A stretch of DNA of 64,000 nt from Lingula anatina (Eukaryota; Animalia; Brachiopoda): contig CM120644.1 of NCBI GenBank assembly GCA_051362555.1, positions 3,976,954-4,040,953 on the forward strand, read 5' to 3'. Made by a program: the position numbers and the translations under genes. The notes beneath the pieces were generated by a model. That model was not told the origin of the DNA. It made no database searches and worked only from the letters and a program-made list of their open reading frames with translations. The stretch's first letter is position 1. The number at the start of each line of letters is the position of its first letter. Of this stretch, positions 45,011 to 59,240 are shown in pieces.

Positions 45011-47845
45011 TGTTATCCACAATACTGCCAGCGTTTGGGTTTAAATCATTTTGTTTGGGACATACAAGTATGAAGCCCTGATTACAATGTTCTATAAAAC
45101 AAAAGCATTATTTCGCCTCTTTACTGATAACAGCCCTTCAAAAAATTCCCAGGAACCAGATTGTGGTACTTATTGTTGTGATGTCCAGGTGAAGTAGATC
45201 TATTTGAAATCGATGTTACAGTTTTCACCCCCAAAAGTACTGCTGCTGTTATGTAATCAGCTAGAATAAGCTAATTCACTCCGATTATTGGTGCGACAGC
45301 ATTATATCCCCATTTCTCATAAGAAATAAAAACCCTAGCGTTTCGGTCTCCCTTAAGTCATACACTGAATTTCTAGAACTTGATGAAATAAAGAGAGCAT
45401 TCTAATACAACAATTTTATTTTATGCAGTTTATTGATATAGTGTTCAGCAGAGTGCTGAAACTACATGTCTCTAACTGCCTCGATCCTATCTCAAATATT
45501 ACTTCTACAGCTTAGACAGGAGCCAAAAAACGTGCTTTTAAACAAGAATACTTTCATAGACGATAGGCTACCTGCATTGTATGAAAGGGTAAACTAATTG
45601 TCACGAACATCTGTAACCAGCAGTGCTTTTGAAAAATACCACTTACCAGTATGTAAAATACCAAGTACCAGTACGCCACGAAAAGCCTACCCACATTGTG
45701 CGGCACAGTAGAACTGATGTCTTGAACAGCGTTATAGTCTAGTAGTCACTCCCATGACTCCAATACGTAAACCCAGACAGTTTTGTTCATATAGAGATTT
45801 TTTCTTGATCCGATCCCCCTTGGGGTTCTCAAGCAAATATGGCTTGGTTACCAGATTATCGCCATTTTCAAGAGAAATATGCCTATACAACTTTGCATAT
45901 GAAAAGTCCTTGAATTGGCTAATACCACTATTTCAGTCCAGCCTTGCACTAGAAGTGTGTTAATAGAAGTCCCTCTACCGTTTTACATCGTAAAAGTACC
46001 TTTCAACAAATCCAAAATGGCCGTTAACTGTCAGAGAAATATCAACGTTGACAAAAATTGGATGAAAACATTGGATAATATCACTTTTCATACACAAGTA
46101 ATTTAGAGCAAATTACAAATAACAAATGTTTTGTTAATTTAGATCTAAGCAATGAGATATGCAACAACTGACGCTACTGAAAGTTTCACAAGGTGGTCGT
46201 TAAATCCATTACAATATCGATAACGTACCGTTTTTCATTATAAATTTTCTTAAAATACTGAATTATCATTTTCAGTCACAGTTTTGAACTCAGTACACAT
46301 TGCTCGTGTAATACTGGGGCTTGATCCTCATGAATAAACTTAATTAGTACCATATTTTAGACAATCACGATTTTTTCCAAAAAATGGTCGCCAATGCCCA
46401 TTACAAATATTAATTTTTCATAGATGAGACCTATGGTTTTGGTCACAGCACTATCTGAGCTTATTTGAGTGATAGATACAAGTTGGAATGGTCCTCTTTA
46501 CTATTTGGAGTAGTGTTGGTGCCATTTGATACATCCAAAATGGCCAATAACAGCAGGAAAAACACTAAATCATTGATCCTTTAATGCTGAAAAAACTTTA
46601 GCACAAGCAATAATCAGATTAATTGAAATAGGTAGATGCACAGTACAACAGAAAAGTGTATTTCAAGTGTAAGAAAAAGTGGAGTTATAGTAAATGGTTC
46701 AAAGGATGCCAACAATAAATTGTGGGCCATTTACCTACCTGCTTCGTCTTTCTTACACACACACACGCACACATTTAAAAGAGTAAAAATTTAAGTATAA
46801 ATCAGAATGTATTGATAGCTTTTATGCAGCACTGTTATGGTTTGCGTCTCTTGGTTAACGATCCTACTCATTGCGACACAGGTGTAATTTGAAGCTCCCT
46901 TCACTTAAATGGTCTTAAATTGCCCTTATTTTCTTTGCGTAAGTTCACTCTTGATGGTCACCTGGAGGCAACGTTATGTTTTTACGGCATTGAATCGATC
47001 TTTCCAAAGGGGAGAATGGTCAATTTTGCAGACGCATCATTTTAGAATCATTTAAAATACATTTCTATATAGCATTTATGGTGCTTTTACTGAATAAAAT
47101 AAAACTTTGATAGTATGCTTTTCCATTTTGTTGCTAGCACTGAATAGGCATTTTCTGTTGTTAAGAAATGATGACTTAAAAATACAGTATCTGTAAAATT
47201 CACAATTTTCTGTTTGAAAAGATCGCGTCATTACCGTAGTCCATTAACTTGATGTCCCCAAGCAATGTGTGAAGAAGAGACGTGGTGTTTTCACTGTAAT
47301 GTTGACTTCATAGCAAGCACGGTCGAACAGAACACGCATTGCCTCACCTGCTCCGTCCTTGGGGGGAAAGCATTACGTCGTTCACTTGTGCGTCTTTTTA
47401 TGTCCCTAAAGGCACCAGAGTAGACTACCGAGAAGAAATACCACACCGATTACATAATGGTTCTTCTTATTATGTTCACACCCATCCCTCGCGCGTGCAC
47501 ACACACACACACACACACACACACGTTAAGAAACGTTATATTGAATTTTTAACCAACATCCGTTGTACTCCTTCCTATTAAAAGAAATATCTTATGAACT
47601 ACAATGTGAATGTGTACTGATGTTGATTCATGTATTTATACCAATCACTATATGTTATGAAAATAAAAAAAAATACTTTTGATAAAAAAAAAACATCCGT
47701 CGTACTCTCTCCCTCTCTCTCTCTCTCTCTGCATGTGTGTGTGTGCGTGTGTTTGTGTGTGGGCGCGCACATATCAATGTTTTAGTGTCAACTCCCAGCC
47801 ATTGGCTAAGGATCTTTGCGAATATTTACATTCGGCTACTTCTAA

Positions 47846-48118
47846 GAGCGCATTCAGAACAAATTAACCGCGCACTAAATATGGCTGCCCACTTAACAGC
47901 GATGTCGCTAATTCCCTGATGGTCTCCCCCCCCCTCCACAAGCGCCATTAAACCGATTAAATCTCCGCTACGAGGTTTAATTGCTAGGCCCCTGCAGCAG
48001 CGGAGCGTGTGGAGGCGGGGAGACTATCAGGTAATTAGAGGCATCGCTTGTAAGTGGGGCCCGCAATATTAAGTCGGCGGATCAACCAGTCCGCGTATCA
48101 TCCGTTCTGAATGCGCTC
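47846..48118. mobile_element. Harbinger-like MITE
   Basis: TIR gagcgcattcagaac / gttctgaatgcgctc with internal inverted segments. Confidence 0.75.
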
Positions 48119-48194
48119 TTACTATCTTAACCCCTATTTTGTCGGCGATTGCTAAATGTTCTTTCCGAATGTCGTTATGGTTATGCCCATTTTA

Positions 48195-48364
48195 GGCCGC
48201 ATTCAGAACAGTCGACTAATTGGTCTGAGGATCAAATATGGCCGACCCACATAAAAACTACCCCACAGGGAATTTATTCAGTGTTTATTAGCGGATCAGA
48301 CGGCAGGCTTTTTAGTGGGTCGCCATGTTTGACCCACGGACTAGTTAGTCCACTGAATGCGGCC
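48195..48364. mobile_element. Harbinger-like MITE
   Basis: TIR ggccgcattcag / ctgaatgcggcc with TTA direct repeats. Confidence 0.75.
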
Positions 48365-50564
48365 TTATTCTTATTCCCCCATCGTACTTATACTTTGATA
48401 TATGTTTTGTGTCTAGCTGTAACCATTTCAAGGAGCAAGATTTGTTCTTGTAAACCGAACGTATTGTGTCGAGAAAATTAACGCAGAGCCTTCCTTTTTA
48501 TCAAACAAAACCAGTCAATAAATTGAAATAAAACGAAATTACGGTTTCGCACCGATGAGGTAAACGTTGCCCACATACATGCAAAAATAAAAAATATGAA
48601 ATGCAATGTAAAATGACGTATAAATAAGTCATTAGGGAATTATATGTCTTGTGAGCTCTTATGGGGTGAACTATTACGTGATAACAGCAGTATTACGAAT
48701 AAGTTGCCTTAAGACAAAAAATAAAGGCTTGCTTACGCAAAATGGCATTAAAGGAACCATTAACGCCTAAACCTCACAAGGTACTCAGCGAGTACCCTCT
48801 GTTGACGGGGGTTTCTGTAGTCTAACCGGTTTCAAAATTGAAGAATTGTGTACCAACAAAACTACAAGGACTGCTGCTATCAGAGGGTACTCCAAGAGTC
48901 TGGAACGCGTGAGTGGTATCTAGGCTCCTAGCTCCACCTGCGTCCCACCAAAAGGGGGGGAACTATAAACTCTTCCCCACATGAATAAAACAGAGACCAA
49001 AACAGAGCCTTCCTTAGAAAGAAATTAGGCGTATAGTGTCTCTTCATCAAGTGCATATATGTGAACAAGTAATCAGAACTTCAACAGTTAGTTGTGTACC
49101 AGTCTCCAGCAACTGTCCTGAGTTGTTTACCTCCACGTGGTCTCCTATCACGGCATAGACAGATATTCACACATCTTATATTATTGGTACGTATCTCCAT
49201 GATATCTTCATGATATATATCATAATTACCGGTTATTATCTATTTAGTTAAAATAACTTTATTCACTTTCATCTCCATTGGTTGGAATTTTGAGTTTGTT
49301 TGTCGTTAAACTTATAATCGAATTTAAAGAAGATTTGAATCATTGATAGATAGATAGGAGAATGATGTCTGTTTGTATTTGTATTTTGGTAGAACCATCA
49401 TACATTAAAACCATTTGTTTCTTCACATAGAAAAAATGTATATCTATATTTTATGCTCCTATTTGTGTTTGGTCCCTTGTATCTGAAAAGTACCTGAAGT
49501 AAGTTCGCTTTAAATAGTATCACATGCAACAACGGTATCAACTTTAATACTTTAAGTTGGTCATAAAGGTGGTGCCTGAATTGTAAAATGGGAAAAATAG
49601 TATTGGGCACAATTAACGCATTAACTTCATAGTGTTTAAGAATGTGAGTACCAGCGAAAGGAAAACTTATAAGAAGTTGCTTTAATAAATTTATTAGAAT
49701 GAATAATGTCCCTACGCATTAAAAAAGTTTGAAACAAGTACTAATGGATGACTTGGTGTTAAAATTTCAGCCAGGATTGCTTTCCATAAGCCGCGTGAAC
49801 TTTCCCAACGAGTAAAATAGTGTTTTACATGCTTGTGTACAATCGAGGCATTAAACTGGAGACCAGTCACTCCTGCAACCAGGTACCGAATAATAAGCAC
49901 TCAAGTTGTTTACCTTTTTCGTAATTCAAATATATTCCAAAACAAAAATGTTCCAAAATATGAGAAACTTATCAATCTTAAACTATGTCTTGAAAAATTA
50001 CCAGATGTGATCTTAAAAAGGCCTTTATTCCCTCTAAATAATAATAATCAAAGTACCTTTAAGAATGATTATCATTACAAAAACATAGACCATGTTTGGA
50101 ACATTTTCATTTTTCATAAAACCATTAGAAAGCAAGAGCTCAAGCTTATCGAATACAGTTTAAAAAATACATTTTGTTCATTGTGAGCGTTTCTTTACTT
50201 TTTCAGTTAAAAAAAGGCGATGGCATAATTATTGGATAGATTTTGTTTAGAATTTGAATTACCAAGAGAGTCAACCCATCCGATAAAACAGTTTTTGAAA
50301 AGACTCGTATGCAGAAAACGCATTTAGGTACAGTATTTTCAAAGAGAATTCATGAAGGGAACTTTAAATTTGGCATCTCAAGTGGCGCATTGAAAACGCT
50401 AACCAAGTATGTATTTTGTGCCAAAATGTCTTTAATACGTAGACGGAGAGTATACAAATTACAATTGACAGCGTAATAGTGCGCCAATATGTTATTTTAA
50501 TTAACTGATTCCAATTAAAGTACCATCTTAAATCTTTATCTCAGAACCATTTCTTTCAGAAACC

Positions 50565-53500
50565 ATGGGCCGTTCTTGTCGTCGTCGGATGCTATTGTAC
50601 ATTTCTTTATTATTCGGCGTCATATATAATCATGCTGGCACTGGGGGCTCAAGTGCCTTGAGCGTCACGGCGGTGGCACCTAATGATGACAGCACGGGTC
50701 GCGTGAGCAAGGCGACAAAACCTTTCGACGGTCCCAGTTCATGGGAATCGTCTAGCGCCGATATCATGGTGCATGGTATTACACGGGCACCCACGCGTAA
50801 GAGAACTGGTAACAGAAACGCCCCTTCAGAAACGACGACCGCCCTTAAGCTAGAAAGCGGAAACCTGACGTCTAGAGATAATACCGTCAACACGACGGGG
50901 GAAGCCTGGAACCCCTTCAACGCAACGTCAGCGGAAAATATGCAAGTTAATATTTTGGAAGAAACTAGTACTGCCAGCTTTGATATGGGAAGCAAACCGG
51001 AAGGTACAACCGACAGAATCAACTCGCCATCAGGCAACGACACCCTGACTACGCCATGGAGCCTCCAAAATAGTGACAAGATTATAAGAGATTGTATCCA
51101 GAAAATTAGCAAAGAAGGCATAGACCTAGACTACAGGCATACTCTGAGTTACTGTGTGCTTGAGATATGTAATAAGGGGTATGGTGAATCGGGATGTGGG
51201 TCCTTCAGACATTTCACTTCCATGTGTGGACGTATTAAAATCCCACTGCTGGATTTATTATGGGGCATCAAACATTATCTAGAAAACCAAGACTGCACCT
51301 GGCACATTAATGTTCCCACGGGATATATAGTCAATTTAACATTTGAATATTTCAACCTAGAGTTCGTTGATGGTTGCCTGTATGATCGGGTAGAGATTTA
51401 TGACGGGATGGACACAACCGGCGCGCTTCTCGGTAGATTTTGTGGCAGTGCCTTTCCTTGGAGCTCCTATTCCTCGGGGCCATCTTTGACCATTATCTTT
51501 ACTACCGACGAGCAGTTAGAGGTTGAATTTGGCTTCGAGGCATTTTATGAAGCCCTGCCTGAAAAAACGTGGAAACAACACAAAACTAAACCAAACACAA
51601 TATACCTCCGGGAAAAGGGGTTTCTAGAAGTTAATAACTCGACGATAACTGATGAATCCGAGACCCATTACATTCACAAATTCTATGTGAGAACAGACAT
51701 AGCGAAGCTACTTCAGATGCGGTGGCATATACATTCATATGGAGACAGAAATGGCTTACCAGACGTTGTACGAGTTCACGACGGTCCATCAGCAGAGGCC
51801 AGTGTGTTAGTACACATAAACCTTACGTCCGGTGAAAAGTTTGGGAACGTCACTTCAGGGACATTCCAATTTTACATAGAAGTAAGCCACGATAAATCCA
51901 GCCAACAGACTTCATTCAAAGCAAACTTTACTGGGACGTGGGCCGTTCCTTGTGTCAACCTGGAAACTGACTCAGTTCCATGTATACGGTTAAACACAAG
52001 CTGGATATATGCTTCAGGGTCTCCTTTTGTGATACATTTGAATGCAACTCTGACTTCTTACACCTTAACACAGTATAACTGCCATCAGAGTTGGTACGGA
52101 CTAGCGGAAGGACTATATGGATTACGTATGAACATTGAATACAGGGAGGGTTATGGGCTAAAAGACTTACCCCTGTATGCAAATCCAAGGGTGAACAGGT
52201 GCCCGTATGCTGGGATGATGCTGTTTGTTGATGGCTTTGGGGAGGATGCAAAAGCCGCCATCGGACCAGTTTGCCATGAAGTATTCAGTTTTTATGACCT
52301 GACGTTCCACACGCTATACATTATAGCTTATGTTGTAGGGGGAGCATTCAACTTTCAGGGAGCGAAATTAGTTGAGCAAATTGCATACATGAGCCTGACT
52401 CACACGAGGATCAAGACTCCTGTAACAAACTTTCTTCCCAATATTTTGCAAGATTTCGGTAGCCTTGGTATTGATAGCTCGATGTCAATAACAAACCTAA
52501 CAAATACTGACTCTGTTCAACTTCCACGAAACCCTCAGCTGTCCTACTTCGACTCCGCTCCCAGCGTCCTAAACAAAGCAAAAGTGGAATATCATCTTCC
52601 GGCAAACATAAAATATGTATCATCAATGTTCACGTTCCTTTACAACTTGGCCATTCAACCCATGTCACCAACATTTATCAACGAACTGGACATCACTATT
52701 TCCACTGATGAGATGGACGGATGTCCTTATTTTACTGAAGTGAAAGGCACCTGGCAAAACGCGAAAACTAGACTCAGAATGTTTGAATTACATCCCCATC
52801 ATGAAAAGGAGATTTTAAATCTGCCAGATGTATTTTATCATTTTTACTTCACGAGGCATGAAAGTTATATGTACCCGTCACAAGATGGAAATACGCGAAT
52901 ATATCGCCTTCTGGTTAAGCTAACGGACTATCACCCTTTGGACCAATTTAACATCCACATTCGTATCTACTTCTATAACCCTTGCGGTCCAGGGGATTTA
53001 ACCTTTTACCAAGCAGGTTTGTACTATGAGGTCACCTTCGGGACTCTTTTTAAAAACATACCCCAAAATGGAAGGTACAGATCATACGTGTTTTCAATAG
53101 AAGATGGACCAAGTTGGCATTGTAGCCTTAATGTAGAGCGTGTGAACTTTTGGATCAAGGAATACTTTCCATGTGAGGATGGGCCCGGTGAATGTTTAAT
53201 CAACTTTGTGGAGGGAAAAATTAAGTCTCCCTTTGTGTGGACAAGCACATCAAATTATCGATTTGTTTACAAAATCAATAATCAAAGTCCGATGTTTGGA
53301 GAAGACTGCAAGAAGTTTGAGGTTCAGTTTCACTTGGATCGTGAAGACAGATTTGCAATCACTATGGCAGACACTACCAACTGTAGCGTGGCTGAGTTTG
53401 GAGGGATTGAGTTCCAAGGTAAATGTTATAACCTCGTGTATTCTGACCAGCCAATGTCTTGGATGCAGGCGAATACTCTGTGCTCCAGGACTGGAGGGAC

Positions 53501-56500
53501 TTTGGCTATTTTTCAGACTATTATGGAGATAGATGCCATTAAGAACATCCTCATCAGGACTTGGTTTGAGGACATAGTTGTCAAAGGACATTCGCTGGTA
53601 TTTATTGGACTAGAGATTAGAGATGTAAGTTAACATCTGTAAATCAGATTGTATGCCCGCCTCTTTTCACTTTCTTTTCCTCCTACTTAGAAAATGAGAT
53701 ACGTTATACACTCTTGTTCTGTATAAATTGGATGTAATCTCTCCTGTCATAATAACTAAGACCCGCTAAACAGATGGCAATGACTTCGACAAGCATTTTC
53801 ATAAGAAAAATAACTGTTTCTATTCTTCTTCATATAAGCTGACCTCTGTTGTGTTTTTTCTCTTCCTACAATTACTTGTAATTAGATATTGAATGTAACA
53901 TTTTCGCTTTATAATTTACATTTCATACATCTTATTATTATCATAAATGTTCCAGACACTATTTTTGCTCGTCTATTTTTCAGCATATAATTAAGCTTTT
54001 GGTAATGTTGATTATAAGACATAGCCCCTTTTGCTATCTTTGTATTTCGTATATATGACTCTCTTTAATAAAATGGATTGATATTGTATCATTTTATATT
54101 TGAATATATTGCAGGGTAGCAATGTCACGTGGTCTGATGGTTCACGTGGTATAACCGAATGGTATGACCCCATCACTTCCAAGCACCTGCTTGATGGGAA
54201 ACTAGCATTATTAAACCTCGATCCATTTGTCCACAGTGTTTTCAACACAAAAGCTAAACAGCCAGTTCAGCGGAAAGGTAGACGCTGTACCATAATGGTC
54301 CTCACAACTCCCCGTGTGTCTTCAAACTGGGTGCAAATCCCGTGTTATCTTCCTATTCCAAAGGCAGGTACACTTTGTATGTTGTCGTTACCTCGACAAA
54401 CAGAAAACAATGAAACAGTCAGTTCTCTAGCGCTCGAAGCAGTTGGCGTCATTCTGGACACAACAAAATCAATGAAAACTGCCACTGTGTCTCCTAAGAC
54501 ATGCCCGAAGAAGTGGTGGAGAATTGGAAACACTTGTTACAAAATAGAAGACATATCCCTGACGAAAGCAAGTGCAGACATATTCTGGTGGAACGGGGGT
54601 AAAGCACTGCAAGTTTTAGAAGGGTTGGTGAAAACAAATTGTGAAAGATATGGGTGGAGGTTAGCCCTTTACAATGAAAATTTGAAAGAGAATATTTTGA
54701 AATACATCAAAATCCACAGGCAGCCAGGAGATATGAAGACATTAATCATGGCTGCGGACTTTGAATACGTGGATTCTGCAACATGCAACTATGGTTCTGT
54801 AGCGGTGCATTATCCCACAGTCGTGAAGACCGAGGAAAACCCTTTAGGCCACAGGTATGAAACAGTCAGTCATAAATTCCACATTTTCCTCAACAAACTT
54901 GTGCGCATTATCACTTTTTTCAAGTGACTTTTTCTCAACATCCCTATCTCTTTACGTGCTCTTTTTCACCACATTCATTTATGAATGTCTGTTACAAATG
55001 TATTTATTTATTTTACACCGTAAGAAACATGCCTTTGATGTAATGCCAGTTTAATAGAGTTTGACACATATTTATCATTGTAGGTCACCACGACAGTGGG
55101 AGATAATAAATTGCACCTTACCGACATTTGTACACCTTTGGAATGTCTTTGACAGCTTGAAGTATGCTCTCTGTGAATCTGACCTTCAAACCGTTAATAT
55201 GTCATGTAACAATTCAAACATTTACCACGAATGTGCAGACGGGTCTTGCATTCTGAGACACCATCAATGCGACGGTGTCCAAGATTGTCTTGGTGGAGAT
55301 GATGAGTTAAACTGCCACCTGTTGGGAGTAACGAAGACTAATGCCTACGGCCAGGGTCTGTGTGGACCTCATGGTTTTGCATGTGACAAGGGGCTATGTA
55401 TTCCTGTATCAAAATTTTGTGACTTCTACCCAGATTGCCCTGATGGGTCTGACGAGACACAGTGCTTTCATCCGAAGTGTGATGTCAATCAGTTCCGCTG
55501 CCTCCATGGTAAATGCATCCCACTACCACAACGTTGTGACCGAATTCAGAATTGTTTTGATGGCTCAGATGAAGTTGGCTGTGGCATCACAGACTGCAGT
55601 AAATATCACAACAACAGCTTCGTATGCTATTCTGGCAACTGTGTTTCTGACCAACACGTCCAGAATGGCGTCAGTGACTGTCCTGGTGTATTAGGCGAAG
55701 ATGAGGCGTGGAACAATACAGTCAAGTGTCCTTATGGTACAGTCCCTTGTGTCAATGGAACCCATGGTTGCTTCCCACCAGAAAAAGCATGTGTTCAAGA
55801 AATATATGAGGACGGAAGCCTTGCCTATTGTACAGGTGGCCAACACCTGCAATGGTGCCAAGATTATCACTGCCCAGACCAAGACATGTACAAGTGCCCA
55901 TCGTCATACTGTATTAATTTACACAGTATTTGTGATGGAATTAAAAACTGTCCAGGTGGGGAGGATGAAGATAATTGCACGACACATGCATACTCATGTC
56001 CTGGATCATTTCGCGGGAAAAACTACCAGAATTGTTTGCATTTATCAGAACTTTGTGATGGCACTGTAAACTACTTCATCACCGAGGATGATGAAAAGTT
56101 TTGTGCTTACCCCCCTTGTCCTTCTTCGTGCACATGTTTGGGGGAGTCACTTGATTGCAGTCATCAGCATTTGTCAAAGATACCACACTATTCACTCCAA
56201 CTGAGGAGTTTATCTTTTTCAGGAAATCCTTTTCAACTGACTGGTGAAACGTTTTCTCGGTTTCTGTACTTGGTGAGATTGGATATCTCTGCCTGTGAAC
56301 TTTCTGACCTCCCTTACGAAGTGTTTAAAGGTCTTTTTAATGTACGAGAACTTAATCTATCAAGTAACTTTCTAAGCATCATTGAAAGATACACTTTTCA
56401 GGATATGTCCTACCTGGAAAATTTAGACTTAACTAATAATCCACTTACCATGCTGTTGGATTATGCGTTCTTTGGCATGCAGCGTCTGGGAATGTTAAAT

Positions 56501-57706
56501 TTGTCTGGCATGAAGATCCATTTTGTAGGCAAAAATGCTTTTGTGGGTCTTACGAGCTTAATAGCTTTAGATCTAAGCCACAATCAAATCGATACTCTTC
56601 ATAGTGGAACATTTAAATTAATTAAGAACCTTTTGCACCTGAGACTTGAAGATAACCCATTGAGTTATATTGACCCAAAAGTTGTCTCAGATTTGAATCC
56701 TGCCGTTCAACTTCAGAGTAGTTCTGATTGGTTATGTTGTTTAGCGCGCCATTTGTATCAGTGTTCACTATTAAATGGTAACGGAATCGCCAAGTGCTCC
56801 AATTCTGACGTGTACTGGCAAGCTCTTCTATGGGCAGCTGCTGTACTGATAATTCTTGGTAATCTTGTAGTAATCTCCTGGGTTTGCTTCCATAAATCGG
56901 GTATGACTGTCGAAAATGTCGTATTTGCTATTTCAGTGGCAATTTGTCAAATCTGTTGTGGTGTCTATTTAATGACAGTAGCCGGAATGAGCTTGTATTT
57001 TGAGAGTGACTTTGATTTGCATACAGAAGAAATGTCAAGTCCCTGGCTTTGTAAGAGTATGGCTTGTGTGTTGAATATCGCAACTGGCGGTACTTTGCAC
57101 TTAATGGTGCTAATGGTCACGGAAGACGTCCGACTTGTGTTGTTTCCCGATTTTGTATTTCCAAAAGGTCGATATCTCCTCTGGTCAGGTTTTGTGTTTG
57201 TATTTTATTTTTACATGAGCACTGCCTCAGTTGTTGGTAACTTTAACAACTCAATCTTTTGCCATGTATTCGTTTTCACCAAAGACGCCAGAGATGTTCT
57301 TGACTGGTTATTGATTTCTTTCAACTTTTGCCCCGTCATATTTTTACTGATATTGGTTGTGGTTTTGTGCCTCTCCTGGAGGAGGATTAGTGATTGGGAT
57401 CTGGAACCAGGAATCTTCAGTCGATGGATACGTGTAACTATCATCCTTATAGTTGTCAGCTTAGTGAACTGGTTTTCAAATCTGGCTGTTAAGAGCTCTG
57501 AGATTAGCCTCTTATCTGTCCATGGCCAAGAGTTACTTCTTTTTCTGTCATCGACTAGTCTTTCCCTTCACCCTTTCATCTATATTTATGGCAGACCCTG
57601 GGTTTTGGAAGTCTTACTTAAAGATGAAAGAGCGACCGATGTAAAATCCAAAATGACAGATTTTTCATCCTGGTTCTCGTGCAAAAAGGACGTGGCCACG
57701 AATTGA
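50565..57706 (+). CDS. GRL101-like (LGR type C-related) receptor: CUB - C-type lectin - LDLa repeats - LRR - 7TM, about 2140 aa
   Basis: Exons 50565-53624, 54115-54854 and 55084-57706 join in frame (6423 nt). Signal peptide, S/T-rich stalk, CUB (DCTWHI...GCLYDRVEIYDG...GRFCG), two CTLD-like units (FQGKCY...SWMQANTLC...VFIGL...WSDG; CPKKWWRIGNTCY), about 7-8 LDLa repeats (CDGVQDCLGGDDELNC), LRRNT CPSSCTC, about 8-9 LRRs, LCC hinge, and a hydrophobic 7TM-like region (ILGNLVVI...HPFIY). Confidence 0.88.
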
Positions 57707-58489
57707 AGAACCCATAGAAAGCCTTATTGTAATTGGATAGTGTTGTTCTTGTATAAGAATTAAGAAAAATTTATTGTCGCTGTTGTTGTAATATTTGAAA
57801 ACATATTTGAGTTGATAGTGGTGTTCGTGATTCGAGATACTTATAATTATATTTTTCTTTATTTTGGCAACTAGATGGTTTTGAGTTAAGAAGCACATTC
57901 CTAACACGCCTCTGACAAATATGTATTGCTTTTGGTGGCCCCCATTCTTAATACATGTAGGTCTGTAGTGGCAGTAGACGCTTCATTATTACCTCATAGG
58001 GATCATACAACGTCACCCCAATGTATCACAATCACCACTATTAATTACCACAACTCTTCTACATCGTCCTAACTGCACCATGTATAACTGTATAATGTAT
58101 TCTCAAGACGTAATATGGTGTTTTTTAAAACCCATTTTATGCAACATTCCAGCATATCTCCCTTTTATGTCATTAGACATCTCGTTATATACAGACTTGA
58201 CATTTAATATGGAATATTTTTTTCGAAATAATTTTTTATCAGTTTTTTCCTATTTTGCTGACTGATAAATGAAAATAAGGATTAAAATCGTGTTTTAATA
58301 AGTTTACATTATCTCTTTGATGTCATTGTGACATCAGTTCATTTATGGTATTCGCCAGAGAAGCAAAAAAAACACATTGCCTATTCTATGTCATACAACT
58401 CCCATTAAAAGAGATATTTTGGATCTCCATATTTTCCAAATTATCGTCTGTAAAAGGGTAATACGCTCCACAAAAGACCCTCATGTCAG

Positions 58490-59240
58490 TTGCTAGTCAC
58501 AGTAATGGTCTTTGTTACGCCTGGCCTCTTCGTGGCTGTTGCCAGCGCTCTCAAGCGGCAAGGCATTTCTTGGGGGTAGGTTTTTAGAGTTCAATCTGGA
58601 ATAGCATTCCAGGCATCGGTCTAAAATTGTCCAATCTGGTCCAGTTTTGTTGTAGGTTATGTAGGCAGTTGAATGGTGAGTAATGGTCTACCGAAATATT
58701 GTCTATGTGCTTCAAATGTGGCGATTTTGATGACCAGGGTAGCTGCTCATTCCCTTGGTTCTGTAAGTTATCTGCTATTAAAAGTGCTCTGTGTGAACCT
58801 GCAACCTCATCGTGCAACCTAGAATTGTTCCTAAGGTGCCCCCTATCAAATGATAGTCAAGTGGTCCCGAGATTATTCCCTTATTTGATCTGGTTCAGGT
58901 TTTCGTCGATGACTACCATTGGTGTTTGGCACCAATGTGGAATCTACTCCAAATACTGACGCTGTCAATCACCCTTGTCACTTTAGACCCCGCATATGCT
59001 TCGTCGTAGGCCTCTTCTGGATATCTGTAAACTCTGTTTTGACTAATTGGGCGGTACAGGTGGAATCTGACCGCAATAAAGAAAGACACGCAGTTTCAGT
59101 GTTCTACCTAGAATCCTTCATGGCCCCCAATTCATTAGAGAAGCAGACGACGATGTTTTGCTGTATACAGTGGGTACCTCGGAGGTCATTTGGTGTTCTT
59201 ACCTGCTAAAACCAGTTTGTTGTTCGCTAAGGGCTTTGAA
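58490..59240 (-). mobile_element. Decayed Tc1/mariner transposase relic
   Basis: Minus-strand translation HDEVAGSHRA...LPWSSKSPHLKHIDNI resembles the Tc1 QHDNAxxH...WPSxSPDLNPIE motifs; the frame is disrupted and the boundaries are approximate. Confidence 0.5.

Noticed and set aside
50630-51121. 163-aa antisense ORF and other overlapping short ORFs in the receptor and UGT genes
   Set aside because: Shadow ORFs of real coding sequence with no recognisable motifs.
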